DNA of 64,000 bases from Myxococcota bacterium (GTDB lineage: Bacteria > Myxococcota_A > UBA9160 > UBA6930), in the NCBI GenBank assembly GCA_965223705.1, contig OZ245015.1:2976001-3040000 (forward strand), in the 5' to 3' direction. The position numbers were made by a program, and so were the translations under genes. This document shows, one piece after another, positions 1 to 9,505 of the stretch. Position 1 is the first letter of the stretch, and the number at the start of each line of letters is the position of its first letter. Under the pieces are notes generated by a model. It was not told the origin of the DNA and did no database searches. It saw only the letters and a list, made by a program, of their open reading frames with translations.

Positions 1-115
1 CGCGGCCCCCGCCTCCGACCACGTCTTCGCCCATCAGGATGACGTCCGGGTCGGTCTCCATCGCAATCCGAAGAGCTTCGTTGATTGCCTGCATCGTCGA
101 GAGTTTTCGGGACAT
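1..115 (-). CDS. TPP-dependent (acetoin/pyruvate) dehydrogenase E1 beta subunit, 5' part only (runs off the window)
   Basis: Manual translation from ATG at 115 gives MSRKLSTMQAINEALRIAMETDPDVILMGEDV, a typical E1-beta N-terminus. It starts 2 nt after the E1-alpha stop. Confidence 0.85.
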   Translation of the reverse strand, partial: MSRKLSTMQAINEALRIAMETDPDVILMGEDVVGGGGR

Positions 116-117
116 GA

Positions 118-1086
118 TCAAACGCTCACGTAAACGTCGGTCAGGACGTCACCCGGTTCGGGCTGGGGTGCGGCCTCGGCGGCCGCGACGGCGTCTTCGA
201 TTTCCTTCTCCACCGCGCCGTCGATCTCTCGGAGCTCATCGCTCGTCAGCCCGAACTCGGAGACGGCGCGATCTTCGAAACGCTCGAGCGGGTCGCGCTT
301 CTGCTTCCATTCCTCCGTTTCCTCTTTGGTGCGGTACTTCATCGTGTCGCCGACGTAATGGCCGTAGAAACGGTACGTCTTGCACTCGAGAAGCGTCGGG
401 CCGTGGCCGGCGCGCGCCAGCCGAATGGCTTCGCCCGCTTTCTCGTACACGTCGAAGAAATCCATGCCGTCGGCGATCTCGCTGCGCATGGCATAGGACT
501 CGGCACGCACCGCGATGTCTTTCACGGGAACCACGAACTCCGTGGGCGTGAACTCGCCGTACCCGTTGTTTTCGAGGACGTACACCACCGGGAGCTTCCA
601 GTTCGACGCCATGTTGAGCGATTCGTGGAACTGGCCCTGGTTGCTCGCGCCGTCGCCGAAGAAACCCACCGACACGTTGCCGTTCTTCTTGAGCTTGGCT
701 GTCAGCCCGGCACCGGTGGCGAGCGGAATACCGGACCCGACGATGCCGTTCGCGCCGAGCATGCCTTTGTCGACATCCGCGATGTGCATCGATCCACCCT
801 TGCCCTTGCACACGCCGGTGCTGCGGCCGAAGAGCTCGGCCATCATGCCGCCGACATCGACGCCCTTGGCGATGCAGTGGCCGTGGCCGCGGTGCGTCGA
901 GCCGACGAAATCGTCGTCGCTCAAGTGAGCACACACACCGGTCGCGACGGCTTCTTCCCCGGCGTAGAGGTGGAGAAAACCGGCCAGCTTACCGGCCACC
1001 ACGAGATCGTTGAGCTTTTCCTCGAAGACGCGGATGGTCCGCATCTTCCGGTAGACGCTTCGCAGGTCGTCGGGGGTCAGGTCCAA
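118..1086 (-). CDS. TPP-dependent dehydrogenase E1 alpha subunit (AcoA/PdhA-like)
   Basis: Motifs GFLHLYAGEEA, STHRGHGH, GKGGSMH, GDGA...NN (TPP binding) and TYRFYGH. Confidence 0.93.
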   Translation of the reverse strand: MDLTPDDLRSVYRKMRTIRVFEEKLNDLVVAGKLAGFLHLYAGEEAVATGVCAHLSDDDFVGSTHRGHGHCIAKGVDVGGMMAELFGRSTGVCKGKGGSMHIADVDKGMLGANGIVGSGIPLATGAGLTAKLKKNGNVSVGFFGDGASNQGQFHESLNMASNWKLPVVYVLENNGYGEFTPTEFVVPVKDIAVRAESYAMRSEIADGMDFFDVYEKAGEAIRLARAGHGPTLLECKTYRFYGHYVGDTMKYRTKEETEEWKQKRDPLERFEDRAVSEFGLTSDELREIDGAVEKEIEDAVAAAEAAPQPEPGDVLTDVYVSV

Positions 1087-1159
1087 GGGTCACCTCACTT
1101 TCGGCGACCATTCTGCCACCGTCGGAACCCCGGTGGAAGGGCTGCTAGGGTACGGCTTC

Positions 1160-1945
1160 GTGGCATCGCCTACGCAACACTTCCGTCTGACGGGCGCCCC
1201 GAACTTCCGAGATGCCGGCGGGCAACGGATTTCGAGGGGACGCGTGCGGGAACGCGCGCTCCTGCGCTCAAGCCACTTGGCGAACATCTCGGAGGCGGAG
1301 CGCGAACACATCGCAGGGCTTTCCATCGGCCTGGTCTGCGATCTTCGCCTGGCCGACGAACGAGAAGTACATCCGAACCGGGTGGATCCGGTCACTCACT
1401 CGCGAACCGAGCATTTCGACATCATGCCGGGTAGCGCCGACGGGTTTCGCGAAGAGATCATGGCGGGCGTCCTCGAGCCGGCGAGTTCCCGGAGATTCAT
1501 GTTGGAGATCTACCGAGAGCTCGCGAGGGACTACACAGAGCACTACGCGCGGGCGTTGCGCCTCGCCGTGGAGTCGCCCGAGGGCCCCGTCCTGGTCCAT
1601 TGTGCGGCGGGCAAAGATCGAACGGGCTGGGGCATCGCGATTTTTCAACGGGTGCTCGGCGTCTCACTGGAAGACATCCGTCGAGACTATCTACTCTCTG
1701 CCGACCGTTTTCCGATCGACTTGGAGATTGCAAACAGCCAACGCGAGTGGCGAGAAAAAGGGGCTCCGGAGGTATCGGCGGAAGCCCTCTACCCGTTGTA
1801 CGGGATCGACATCGCGTACCTCGAAGCGGCGTTCGCGGAGGCGACGGCCCTGGCCGGGTCCCTCGAGGGCTACCTACGGGAAGCGCTCGGAGTCACGCCT
1901 GAGCTACACGAGGCACTTGTCGCGCGTTTCGCGGATCGGGACTAG
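1160..1945 (+). CDS. Tyrosine/lipid phosphatase (IphP/PtpB-like)
   Basis: N-terminal NFRDAGG, a DLR motif and the active site HCAAGKDRTG. The start is uncertain (GTG at 1133 or 1160). Confidence 0.88.
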   Translation: MASPTQHFRLTGAPNFRDAGGQRISRGRVRERALLRSSHLANISEAEREHIAGLSIGLVCDLRLADEREVHPNRVDPVTHSRTEHFDIMPGSADGFREEIMAGVLEPASSRRFMLEIYRELARDYTEHYARALRLAVESPEGPVLVHCAAGKDRTGWGIAIFQRVLGVSLEDIRRDYLLSADRFPIDLEIANSQREWREKGAPEVSAEALYPLYGIDIAYLEAAFAEATALAGSLEGYLREALGVTPELHEALVARFADRD

Positions 1946-2388
1946 TCGAGGAAAAACGCCGCGTCAAAGGATACGGCGCCGGGGCCCAGCAACAGAATCA
2001 ATCCGCAGATCACCGCGAGGTTGATGGTGTACTCCGCGCCCGGCGGATCGTTCGTGATCAGATAGCCGGCGCCTCGGTGCCCGAGCCGCGCCGCAATCAC
2101 CATGGTCCCGATCAAGAGGGCACACGCGGGACGGGTAAACAAACCCAGGGTAAGGAGCGTTCCACCGACAATTTCGGACAGCATCGCGATCCGCGCCTGC
2201 ACGTCGGGCATGGGTACGCCGAGCTCGTCGAGCCAGGCGACGAAGCCGTCCATGTCTCCCGTGCCCACGAGACCGAGCTTGCCCAGGCCGTGGACGATGA
2301 AACAGATTCCGATAAACAGCCGAGTCAGCAGGAGTCCGACGTCGAGCGCCCAGCCGGGACGGTCGAGGAGCAAACTGGCGAGATCCAC
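1942..2388 (-). CDS. DoxX family membrane protein
   Basis: Four hydrophobic segments with HGLGKL, E-x-x-GG, GLFTR and GAEY..L..GPGAVS motifs. Confidence 0.88.
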   Translation of the reverse strand: MDLASLLLDRPGWALDVGLLLTRLFIGICFIVHGLGKLGLVGTGDMDGFVAWLDELGVPMPDVQARIAMLSEIVGGTLLTLGLFTRPACALLIGTMVIAARLGHRGAGYLITNDPPGAEYTINLAVICGLILLLGPGAVSFDAAFFLD

Positions 2389-2477
2389 GTGGCCTCCTTC
2401 TTCCAGGCCGTCTGCATTTGGCCCGAGGCGCGGCCCAGTATACCCTCAGCCGGCGTTCATCTCGTGGCGGAGCAGAA

Positions 2478-4088
2478 ATGACTTGGAACTTCGGTGACAT
2501 CCTCGAAGGCCTCGAGGCAGGAATCCCGGCCGACGCGCCGGCGTTGGTCCACGGAGACCGGCGCGTATCGTGGGGCGATTTCGCTCGCCACACGAACAAC
2601 CTCGCGCAGGCCCTCGCTTCCCGGGGCGTCGGCGCCGACGACAAGGTCGGCTTCTACATGCGCAACAGCGAGGCCTACCCCGAGGCGCTGGCCGCCGCGT
2701 TCAAAGCGCGCAACGTGCACGTGAACGTCAACTTTCGCTACCGCGACCGCGAGCTCGCCTACATCCTCGACAATTCCGACGCCAAGGCGGTCTTCTACGA
2801 CGAAGAGTTCCAGCCGGAAGTCGAGAAGCTCCGCGACCGGCTGCCGGACGTCGCTCATTGGATCCAGGTGGGCGGAACCGCCCCTGACTTCGCCGAGTCC
2901 TTCGAGGCCTTGCGCGAGAGCGGCGACGGAACGCCGCTCGGAATCGACCGCTCGGGCGAAGATCTCCTCTTCATCTACACGGGTGGAACGACGGGCATGC
3001 CGAAAGGCGTCATGTGGCGCGCCGAGGATCTGTGGTTCGCCCTGGGCGGCGGGGCCAACATCCCCGCGAACCGCGGTGAGATGCCGCCCACCCCGGGCGC
3101 TCACATCGCGAACGTCCTGCGGGCGGGCCCGGGCGGGCGCCAGATTCCCTGCTGCCCGCTGATGCACGGCACGGGGCTCTTCACGGCGGTCAATACGCTG
3201 CTGGCGGGCGGCTGCGTGATCACACTGACCGGCCGTGGGTTCGATGCGGCGGAAGCCTTCGATACCGTCGAGCGCGAGCGCGCCGATTCGATGGTCATCG
3301 TCGGCGACGCGTTCGCGAAGCCCATGCAAAACGCGCTCGACGCCGAGCCCGATCGCTGGGACATCTCGTCGCTCAAAGTGATCGTGTCGTCGGGCGTGAT
3401 GTGGAGCCGCGACGTCAAGCAGGCGCTCCTGAAACACCACGACCGGATGATGCTCGTCGACCTCTTCGGCTCTTCCGAAGCGATCGGTTTTGGCACGTCG
3501 ATCACGACCGCAAAAGGCGAGTCGCGCACCGCGAAGTTCCAGATCGGGGAGCGCTGCAAGGTCTTTACGGAAGACCACCGGGAAGTCGAGCCGGGGAGCG
3601 AGGAGCGCGGTTTCATCGCGCGCTGCGGCCCGATCCCCATGGGCTACTACAAAGACGAAGAGAAATCGGCCAAGACCTTCCCGACGATCAACGGCGTTCG
3701 GTACTCGATCCCCGGCGATTGGTGCACCGTCGCGGCCGACGGCACCCTGACCCTCCTCGGGCGCGGCAGCAATTGCATCAACTCCGCCGGCGAGAAGATC
3801 TACCCCGAAGAAGTCGAAGAGACGCTGAAAACCCACGATGCCGTCGAGGACGCCCTCGTTGTGGGCGTCGCCGACGAGAAGTGGGGGCAAGCTGTCGTCG
3901 CGGTCGTCCAGCTCGCGTCGGGAAACGCTCTCGACGAAGACGCGCTGCGCGACTTCGTACGCGGACAACTCGCGGGCTACAAGACCCCGAAGCGCGTGTT
4001 CGCGGTGGAGAAGATGTTCCGCGCGCCGAACGGCAAGGCCGACTACAAGTCGGCCGCCGCCCACGCGGCGGAAGCCTACGGGGCCTAG
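2478..4088 (+). CDS. Acyl-CoA synthetase (FadD19-like AMP-binding enzyme)
   Basis: YTGGTTGMPKG, GSSE, PGD and GRGSNCINSAGEKIYPEEVE motifs. GGAG precedes ATG 2478. Confidence 0.9.
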   Translation: MTWNFGDILEGLEAGIPADAPALVHGDRRVSWGDFARHTNNLAQALASRGVGADDKVGFYMRNSEAYPEALAAAFKARNVHVNVNFRYRDRELAYILDNSDAKAVFYDEEFQPEVEKLRDRLPDVAHWIQVGGTAPDFAESFEALRESGDGTPLGIDRSGEDLLFIYTGGTTGMPKGVMWRAEDLWFALGGGANIPANRGEMPPTPGAHIANVLRAGPGGRQIPCCPLMHGTGLFTAVNTLLAGGCVITLTGRGFDAAEAFDTVERERADSMVIVGDAFAKPMQNALDAEPDRWDISSLKVIVSSGVMWSRDVKQALLKHHDRMMLVDLFGSSEAIGFGTSITTAKGESRTAKFQIGERCKVFTEDHREVEPGSEERGFIARCGPIPMGYYKDEEKSAKTFPTINGVRYSIPGDWCTVAADGTLTLLGRGSNCINSAGEKIYPEEVEETLKTHDAVEDALVVGVADEKWGQAVVAVVQLASGNALDEDALRDFVRGQLAGYKTPKRVFAVEKMFRAPNGKADYKSAAAHAAEAYGA

Positions 4089-4093
4089 CGGGG

Positions 4094-4510
4094 CTAGTTG
4101 AAGCGGACGACGGCAGTTCCCGGCGTCGTCTTCTTCCCTTCCTCGTTTTCCGTCCAGACGGAAAGCTCAGCCAGCTTTTCGCCGCCCTCTTCCCACTTCT
4201 TGGTCACGAGCCCTTTGCAGATGATCGGTTGATCGGGCATGTCCATGCCGCGGTACTGACACGCGAGCTTGCGCACCTGCCCGTTGTGACCGAGCCAGTT
4301 CGAGACGAGCTCGCCCAGCGCCGCGTACTTGAAGCGACCGTGCACGATGATCGAGCCGATCTCCTTCGCCTGGGGGAACGCGAAATCGTGGTGCAGCGGG
4401 TTGAAGTCACCGCCGCCGGCCGCGTACTTCACCAGCTGCGTGACGCCCGGCTTCTTGTGAAGTTCCGGAAGTTCGCTGCCCTCTTCGATGCCGTCCCATG
4501 TGACTGCCAT
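4094..4510 (-). CDS. MaoC-like hotdog dehydratase, catalytic subunit
   Basis: Hydratase motif YA..GGDFNPLHHD and IIVHG. Confidence 0.85.
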   Translation of the reverse strand: MAVTWDGIEEGSELPELHKKPGVTQLVKYAAGGGDFNPLHHDFAFPQAKEIGSIIVHGRFKYAALGELVSNWLGHNGQVRKLACQYRGMDMPDQPIICKGLVTKKWEEGGEKLAELSVWTENEEGKKTTPGTAVVRFN

Positions 4511-4521
4511 ATCGCGCGCCC

Positions 4522-5016
4522 CTAGTAGTGGATGACTTGGCCGCGCTGAACGGCGGCCACGTTGCCGGTGGCTTGGTTCGTATAGGTCGTCTCGGTGGTG
4601 ATGATGAGCATCTTCCCGATCGCCTTGCTCTCGCGAACGTCGAGCGCCGTGATCTTCGTGACGACGCTGAGCGAGTCACCCGCGCACAGCTGCTCGAAGT
4701 ACTCGGTTTCCGTGCCCCCGTCGAGGACGCCCGGGAGACCGTGCTTCACCACGGGTTGGCCTTCGCTCGGGCCCGAGAACGTATCGCTCGAACGGCCGGG
4801 GATGAAAATCGCCGTGCCGAGGTAGGTCGGCGGCGCGGGCAAGCTGCGATAGCCCGCCTTTTTTGCGGCCTCGACGTCGAAATAGACCGGGTCCGTGTAT
4901 CCGACACCCCGCGCGAAACCGCGCACGCTCGTGGTGGTCAATTCGAAGGTCCAGGGCGGCGACTCTTTGCCGATCTGTGCCTTCATCTCTTCGGTGAGTT
5001 CGAACTCTTTCGCCAT
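4522..5016 (-). CDS. MaoC-family N-terminal-type hotdog protein (HadA-like partner subunit)
   Basis: FARGVG..DPVY.D..AA..AGY..LPAPPT and LDGGTETEY. Adjacent to the MaoC gene. Confidence 0.8.
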   Translation of the reverse strand: MAKEFELTEEMKAQIGKESPPWTFELTTTSVRGFARGVGYTDPVYFDVEAAKKAGYRSLPAPPTYLGTAIFIPGRSSDTFSGPSEGQPVVKHGLPGVLDGGTETEYFEQLCAGDSLSVVTKITALDVRESKAIGKMLIITTETTYTNQATGNVAAVQRGQVIHY

Positions 5017-5049
5017 TGGCTCCTCCCTCGACCCGCGTACCTTACCCCG

Positions 5050-5871
5050 CTACCAGCCTTCCATTCCACCCGCGACGTTGAGCGAGATTCCCGAGACGTT
5101 TTCCGCACCAGCCAGGTAGACGACGGCCTGGGCGATGTCTTCGGGAGTCTGCTCTCGACCCAGCGGGATGAACTGGCCGATGGCATTGTCGAACGCGTCC
5201 CGCCCGGCCTTCCCGACGGGCTCGCCCATCAGGTCGGACAGGTGATCGCTCCACATCGCCGTGTCGAGGATGCCCGGACAGACGGCATTCACCCGCACGC
5301 CGGCGGGCCCGAGCTCGGCGGCGAGCGATTGCGTGATCCCCACGACGGCGAACTTCGTCCCGCAGTAGGCGCTGCCGGCGGGGTAGCCCCGCTTTCCCGC
5401 GACCGAGGCGATGTTCACGATGTTGCCGCCGCGCCGGGTGAGCTCCGGGATCGCCGCCTGGCTCATCAGGAAAACACCCTTGACGTTCACGTCGAACAGG
5501 AGATCCCAGCGAGACTCGTCGAAGGTCTCCATCGGTTCGAAGTGCACGACGCCGGCGTTGTTGACCAGCAGATCGAGGCGACCCAGGTTCTCGACCGCCG
5601 CCGTGACCGCGTTCGCAGCAGCGGCTTTTTGCGTGACGTCGCAGGCCACGGCCAGGCTGCGGACGCCGCGCTCGGCCACTTCGGCTGCGACCTTCTCGAG
5701 GGCATTCTTGTCCGAAAGCTCGTAGGACAGACCGCCTCCGCCGCCCTCGAGATCGGTGACGACGACGTCGGCACCCGCGTCCGCGAGTCCCAGCGCAATT
5801 CCGCGACCAATCCCGCGCGCGGCGCCGGTGACCAGTGCGACCTGTCCTGCCAAGGATCGTTCCATGGGCAT
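5050..5871 (-). CDS. Short-chain dehydrogenase/reductase
   Basis: TGAARGIG, NNAG, catalytic YCGTK and VNAVCPG. Confidence 0.93.
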   Translation of the reverse strand: MPMERSLAGQVALVTGAARGIGRGIALGLADAGADVVVTDLEGGGGGLSYELSDKNALEKVAAEVAERGVRSLAVACDVTQKAAAANAVTAAVENLGRLDLLVNNAGVVHFEPMETFDESRWDLLFDVNVKGVFLMSQAAIPELTRRGGNIVNIASVAGKRGYPAGSAYCGTKFAVVGITQSLAAELGPAGVRVNAVCPGILDTAMWSDHLSDLMGEPVGKAGRDAFDNAIGQFIPLGREQTPEDIAQAVVYLAGAENVSGISLNVAGGMEGW

Positions 5872-5902
5872 TCCTCCCCGCTCGTTCGGGAGAGTAGCCC
5901 GT

Positions 5903-8614
5903 CTACAAGCTCTCCATCCGGCTGCTGGCCTCGACCAGCCGCGCCGCCTGGATCTTGTTCAAATTCGCGTAGATCCGGGCGGCGGCGCGCGGGTAGCGCC
6001 GCATCATCAGTTCGAGATCGATATCTTCGAAGCGCAGCAGTCGCGCGTCGTGTACGGCATCGACCGTCGCGCCATGGCGCTCCGCGAAGAAGCTGAATTC
6101 ACCCACCATGTCGCCGCGCGCGGCGTGGTGCAGGACGACGCGCGAGCCCGCTCGTTCCGTCCAGACTTCGACTTCGCCGTCCAAGACGACAAACATGTCT
6201 CGGGCGTGTTCACCTTCGCGGCGCACCGTCTCCCCCGCCGAGAAATTCTGGATGTCGGCGGTCAGCGCAAAGAGTCGGGTCTGCCGCGGCGAGAGGCCGT
6301 CGAACAGGGAGATCGACGACTGGGGCGCCGGGCCGAGGTCGAGCCGCAAGACGTCCCACAACGTGACGATGCGGACTCCGGAGCAGAGCGCCGGGGTAAG
6401 CGTCACGTCGATGAGCCAGGCGAAAGCGAGGGTCGAAGCGGCCAACGCGCCGAACTGGACTTGGTTCTGCAGATCGCTCCCCGTAAAGACGAGAAAGCCC
6501 AGGCACAGGGCCAAGGTCGTAAAGGTGACCGGCCGGATCACCGCGCGAAGCGCGAGCCGCGTCGCCTCGTCTTCTCGAGTCGTGCGTCGCGCCTCGGCGT
6601 TGAAGCGAACCAGGTAGTGGATCGTGTCGTCCACCGCGATCCCCAGTGCGATGCACGCGATGAGACTCGTCGAAGGCGTCAATGGAATTCCGGCGAGCGC
6701 CAGCACGCCGAAGTAGAACGCAATCGGAAGTGCGTTGGGCAGGAGCGCCAACAAACCGACTCGAAGAGAACTGAACAAAGCCGCGAGGACGATGTAGATA
6801 AAGAGCAGCGCCGCCAGCATGCTCTGCACCTGTCCGCGTGCGATCCTCGACAACGTTTCGGCCAACAGGACAGCCTCGCCCGTGATCGCCGCGCCGACGC
6901 CCGCCGGAAGCGATTTAGCGCGGCTTTCGATGCGCGTGACGAGGCTCGCGAGTTCGCGCGTGTCCGGCGTCGTCGCGCGCACGCGGATCAACGTGCGGCG
7001 GAATGCGGCATCACTGACGTCGTTGAGCGCGTCGCCGCCGCCGAAGATCAGCAACTGCTTCGCGAGTTCTGCACTGTCCGGAAGAACGAATCCCTCCTCT
7101 GGACCCATCAACCCCGCGTTGAGCACTTTCAGGTGATCGACGATGGAGACGCTCCCGGCCACTTCGGGCTGCTCGTAGAGCCAGTTCTGAAACGCCTCGA
7201 TCTCCGTCAGCAATTCGGGCTCGAGCACCGCATCGCGGTGATTGGTTTCGATTGCGACCAGGAGCCCGGTCGCGCTCCCGAAGAACCGATCGATCGCCTC
7301 GAAATCCCGGCGCGCGACGTGGTCCTCGGGCAGGTTCTCGATATACGCCGTCCCCACCGAAAGGCGGAACAGCGACAGGAGCGCGAACGCGAGAAACAAG
7401 AGACCGACGAGCAGCACTTCCCGTCGCCTCCGCAGCGCGAACGCGGCGAGCCGATCCCCCACGCGGTAGAAACCCGCCGCTCCGGGCGGTGCGCGTCGCG
7501 CCGGCGGCCCGGCCACGGCCAACAGGGCGGGCAACAAGACGATGGAGAGCCCGCCGGAGAAGACGATCCCGAGGAGCGCCAGCCAACCGAACTCGCGAAT
7601 GGCAGCGAGAGGGTGGATTCCCAACGCGGCGAGCCCCGCCGCAGTGGTGAGCGCGGTGACGGCGACAGCGACACCGACCTGGCGCACCGCGTACCCGGCG
7701 CGCTCCTGTCTCGTACCGCTCGTGGTCTCGGTAAAGGCCTCGAGCACGTGCATCGCGTAGGCGAGACCCAGGGTGATGACGAACGGCGGCACGATGACGG
7801 TAACGAGATTGAGCGGCCGCTCGAGCCAGCCGAGCACACCGAGCACCATCCCCACGGAAAGGCCCATCGCCAGCACGCCGAAGACGACCCCCCGCAAAGA
7901 GCCGAAGGCGACCACCAAGACGAGCGCGGCAAAGGCGAAGACCGCGGGCACGGCGAAGCGGAGCTCTCGCAAGAGAAGCTCCGCCGTCGCGCGCTTCACG
8001 ACGGATGCGCCCGTGAGATGGACCGCCCCGGTCGCGACCCGCGTGACCACCGCGCGCACCTGATCCGTCACGGCGTCAAGATCAGCGTCGCTCCCCTCGC
8101 GTAGCGAAACGATGAACGCGGCCGCCCGGGCATCCTCGGAGACCAGTACACCCCGGTAGAGGGGATGGTTCGCGAGGTCGTCGCGCAAGGCTGGCATCCG
8201 TGCCGGATCGGCTAATCCGGATTCGGTAAAAGTCGCCAAGTCGAGCGTATCGTCGTCGCTTTTCGGATTCGGAACCGACGCAAGCGAAGCGACGTCGGCG
8301 ACGCCGGGCAAACGAACGAGCTCCCGCGTAATCGCGTCGATTTGTTCGAAGACGGGAGCGGTGAAGACGTCGTCGACAACCATTACGGCGACGAGACTTC
8401 GGTCGCTGCCGAATTGGCTGACGGTGCGGTCGTACCGGACGCGAGCGGCGTCTCCGGTCGGAAGCAGGCGCTCCATTCCCGAATCGACGGACAGTTTGAG
8501 GCGACCGCTCGGCCATTCGAACGCGCCGATACTCGCCGCCACCGCGAGACCGAGAACGGCGCAGAGCAGCGCATACGGGCGCTGGGTGACGGTCGCGACG
8601 AGTCGCTCGAGCAA
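5903..8614 (-). CDS. MMPL/RND-family transporter with a C-terminal cyclic-nucleotide-binding domain
   Basis: Two RND halves with GIAVDDTIH in the second. The last ~150 aa (LFDGLS...REGE...MFVVLDGEV...GDMVGEFS...ATVDA) fit a cNMP-binding fold. Confidence 0.85.
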   Translation of the reverse strand: MLERLVATVTQRPYALLCAVLGLAVAASIGAFEWPSGRLKLSVDSGMERLLPTGDAARVRYDRTVSQFGSDRSLVAVMVVDDVFTAPVFEQIDAITRELVRLPGVADVASLASVPNPKSDDDTLDLATFTESGLADPARMPALRDDLANHPLYRGVLVSEDARAAAFIVSLREGSDADLDAVTDQVRAVVTRVATGAVHLTGASVVKRATAELLLRELRFAVPAVFAFAALVLVVAFGSLRGVVFGVLAMGLSVGMVLGVLGWLERPLNLVTVIVPPFVITLGLAYAMHVLEAFTETTSGTRQERAGYAVRQVGVAVAVTALTTAAGLAALGIHPLAAIREFGWLALLGIVFSGGLSIVLLPALLAVAGPPARRAPPGAAGFYRVGDRLAAFALRRRREVLLVGLLFLAFALLSLFRLSVGTAYIENLPEDHVARRDFEAIDRFFGSATGLLVAIETNHRDAVLEPELLTEIEAFQNWLYEQPEVAGSVSIVDHLKVLNAGLMGPEEGFVLPDSAELAKQLLIFGGGDALNDVSDAAFRRTLIRVRATTPDTRELASLVTRIESRAKSLPAGVGAAITGEAVLLAETLSRIARGQVQSMLAALLFIYIVLAALFSSLRVGLLALLPNALPIAFYFGVLALAGIPLTPSTSLIACIALGIAVDDTIHYLVRFNAEARRTTREDEATRLALRAVIRPVTFTTLALCLGFLVFTGSDLQNQVQFGALAASTLAFAWLIDVTLTPALCSGVRIVTLWDVLRLDLGPAPQSSISLFDGLSPRQTRLFALTADIQNFSAGETVRREGEHARDMFVVLDGEVEVWTERAGSRVVLHHAARGDMVGEFSFFAERHGATVDAVHDARLLRFEDIDLELMMRRYPRAAARIYANLNKIQAARLVEASSRMESL

Positions 8615-8617
8615 GGC

Positions 8618-9433
8618 TCAGCGTTCGCGCCCCAACCGGTTCGGTTGGAACACGCGGTCCGGGATGGGCACGCCGTAGTCGGCTTCGACAATGCGGAGCG
8701 TGCTCGACGTTCCGTCGGCGAGATCGCTCATTTCGACGCGCCGGGCGACCCAACGACCGTCCTCCTGACCGAAGTCCTCGGGTTCGGCCAAGAGCCGCTT
8801 GCGCAAGACGTCCCCGGGCTCGAAGAACTCGATTTGGATGGGAAGGCAGGTGGCGGCGTCAAAGTACCAGCGAAGTCGTTCGTAGCGGCTCTCCTGCTCG
8901 CCCTCCGGCACGACGTCCATCACCCGAGCGGGACGTCCCAGGACGTCGGCGTCCGGCAGGAGACTCCGCTCTCCCCGGAGCGCGATGCCCTGGATCTGTT
9001 GGAAGTCCTCGTAGCTGAAGTCCGTGCCCCACAGCCGCGTGTTCATCATCCCGCCGGTCACGCGTCGCGCCTTCCTCGCGGACGGCAGGAACATGTACAT
9101 CGTGTCGGAACCCGCGTCCGCGATCATCAGATACGCGGCGCCCCGCAACTCGGCGGGATTCTCGATGCGACCGCGGAAACGAGAACTTTCCGCGCCGGTG
9201 CGCTTGAAGTGGAACTTCACCTCGAGCTTGCGGGTGGCTCCGACCCGATCCCGTGTCGTCGCCTCCACGAGCTGCACCGCCGTATCGCCGGGAAGGTTGC
9301 CGCGCGCACACGTGACGAGTTCTTTCTCGGCCCCGCTGTCGGCAAAGGCTCCGACCGGAACCATCATGAAGGCCAAAAGTGCCAGCCAGCGCGTCAAACG
9401 ACCGATCCGGCAGAAATTCGGGTTCATCAGCAT
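8618..9433 (-). CDS. Outer-membrane lipoprotein-sorting (LolA-like) protein
   Basis: Signal peptide plus P.ELRG..YL, YMFLPS.RK.RR and GTDFSYED motifs. Immediately upstream of the MMPL gene. Confidence 0.82.
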   Translation of the reverse strand: MLMNPNFCRIGRLTRWLALLAFMMVPVGAFADSGAEKELVTCARGNLPGDTAVQLVEATTRDRVGATRKLEVKFHFKRTGAESSRFRGRIENPAELRGAAYLMIADAGSDTMYMFLPSARKARRVTGGMMNTRLWGTDFSYEDFQQIQGIALRGERSLLPDADVLGRPARVMDVVPEGEQESRYERLRWYFDAATCLPIQIEFFEPGDVLRKRLLAEPEDFGQEDGRWVARRVEMSDLADGTSSTLRIVEADYGVPIPDRVFQPNRLGRER

Positions 9434-9505
9434 CGTCCCCTCCGCGAGAGCCTACCGTTCTTCCCGAAGGTGGTCCTTCACTGATAGCATCCACTCGGAG
9501 GGACC

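Noticed and set aside
1942..1945. 4-nt convergent stop overlaps (also 19974-19977)
   Set aside because: Shared CTAG stops are a common result of compact gene packing.
4528..8104. Long plus-strand ORFs (4528-6096 and 5756-8104)
   Set aside because: They are antisense shadows of the MaoC/SDR/MMPL genes, common in high-GC DNA, and have no motifs.
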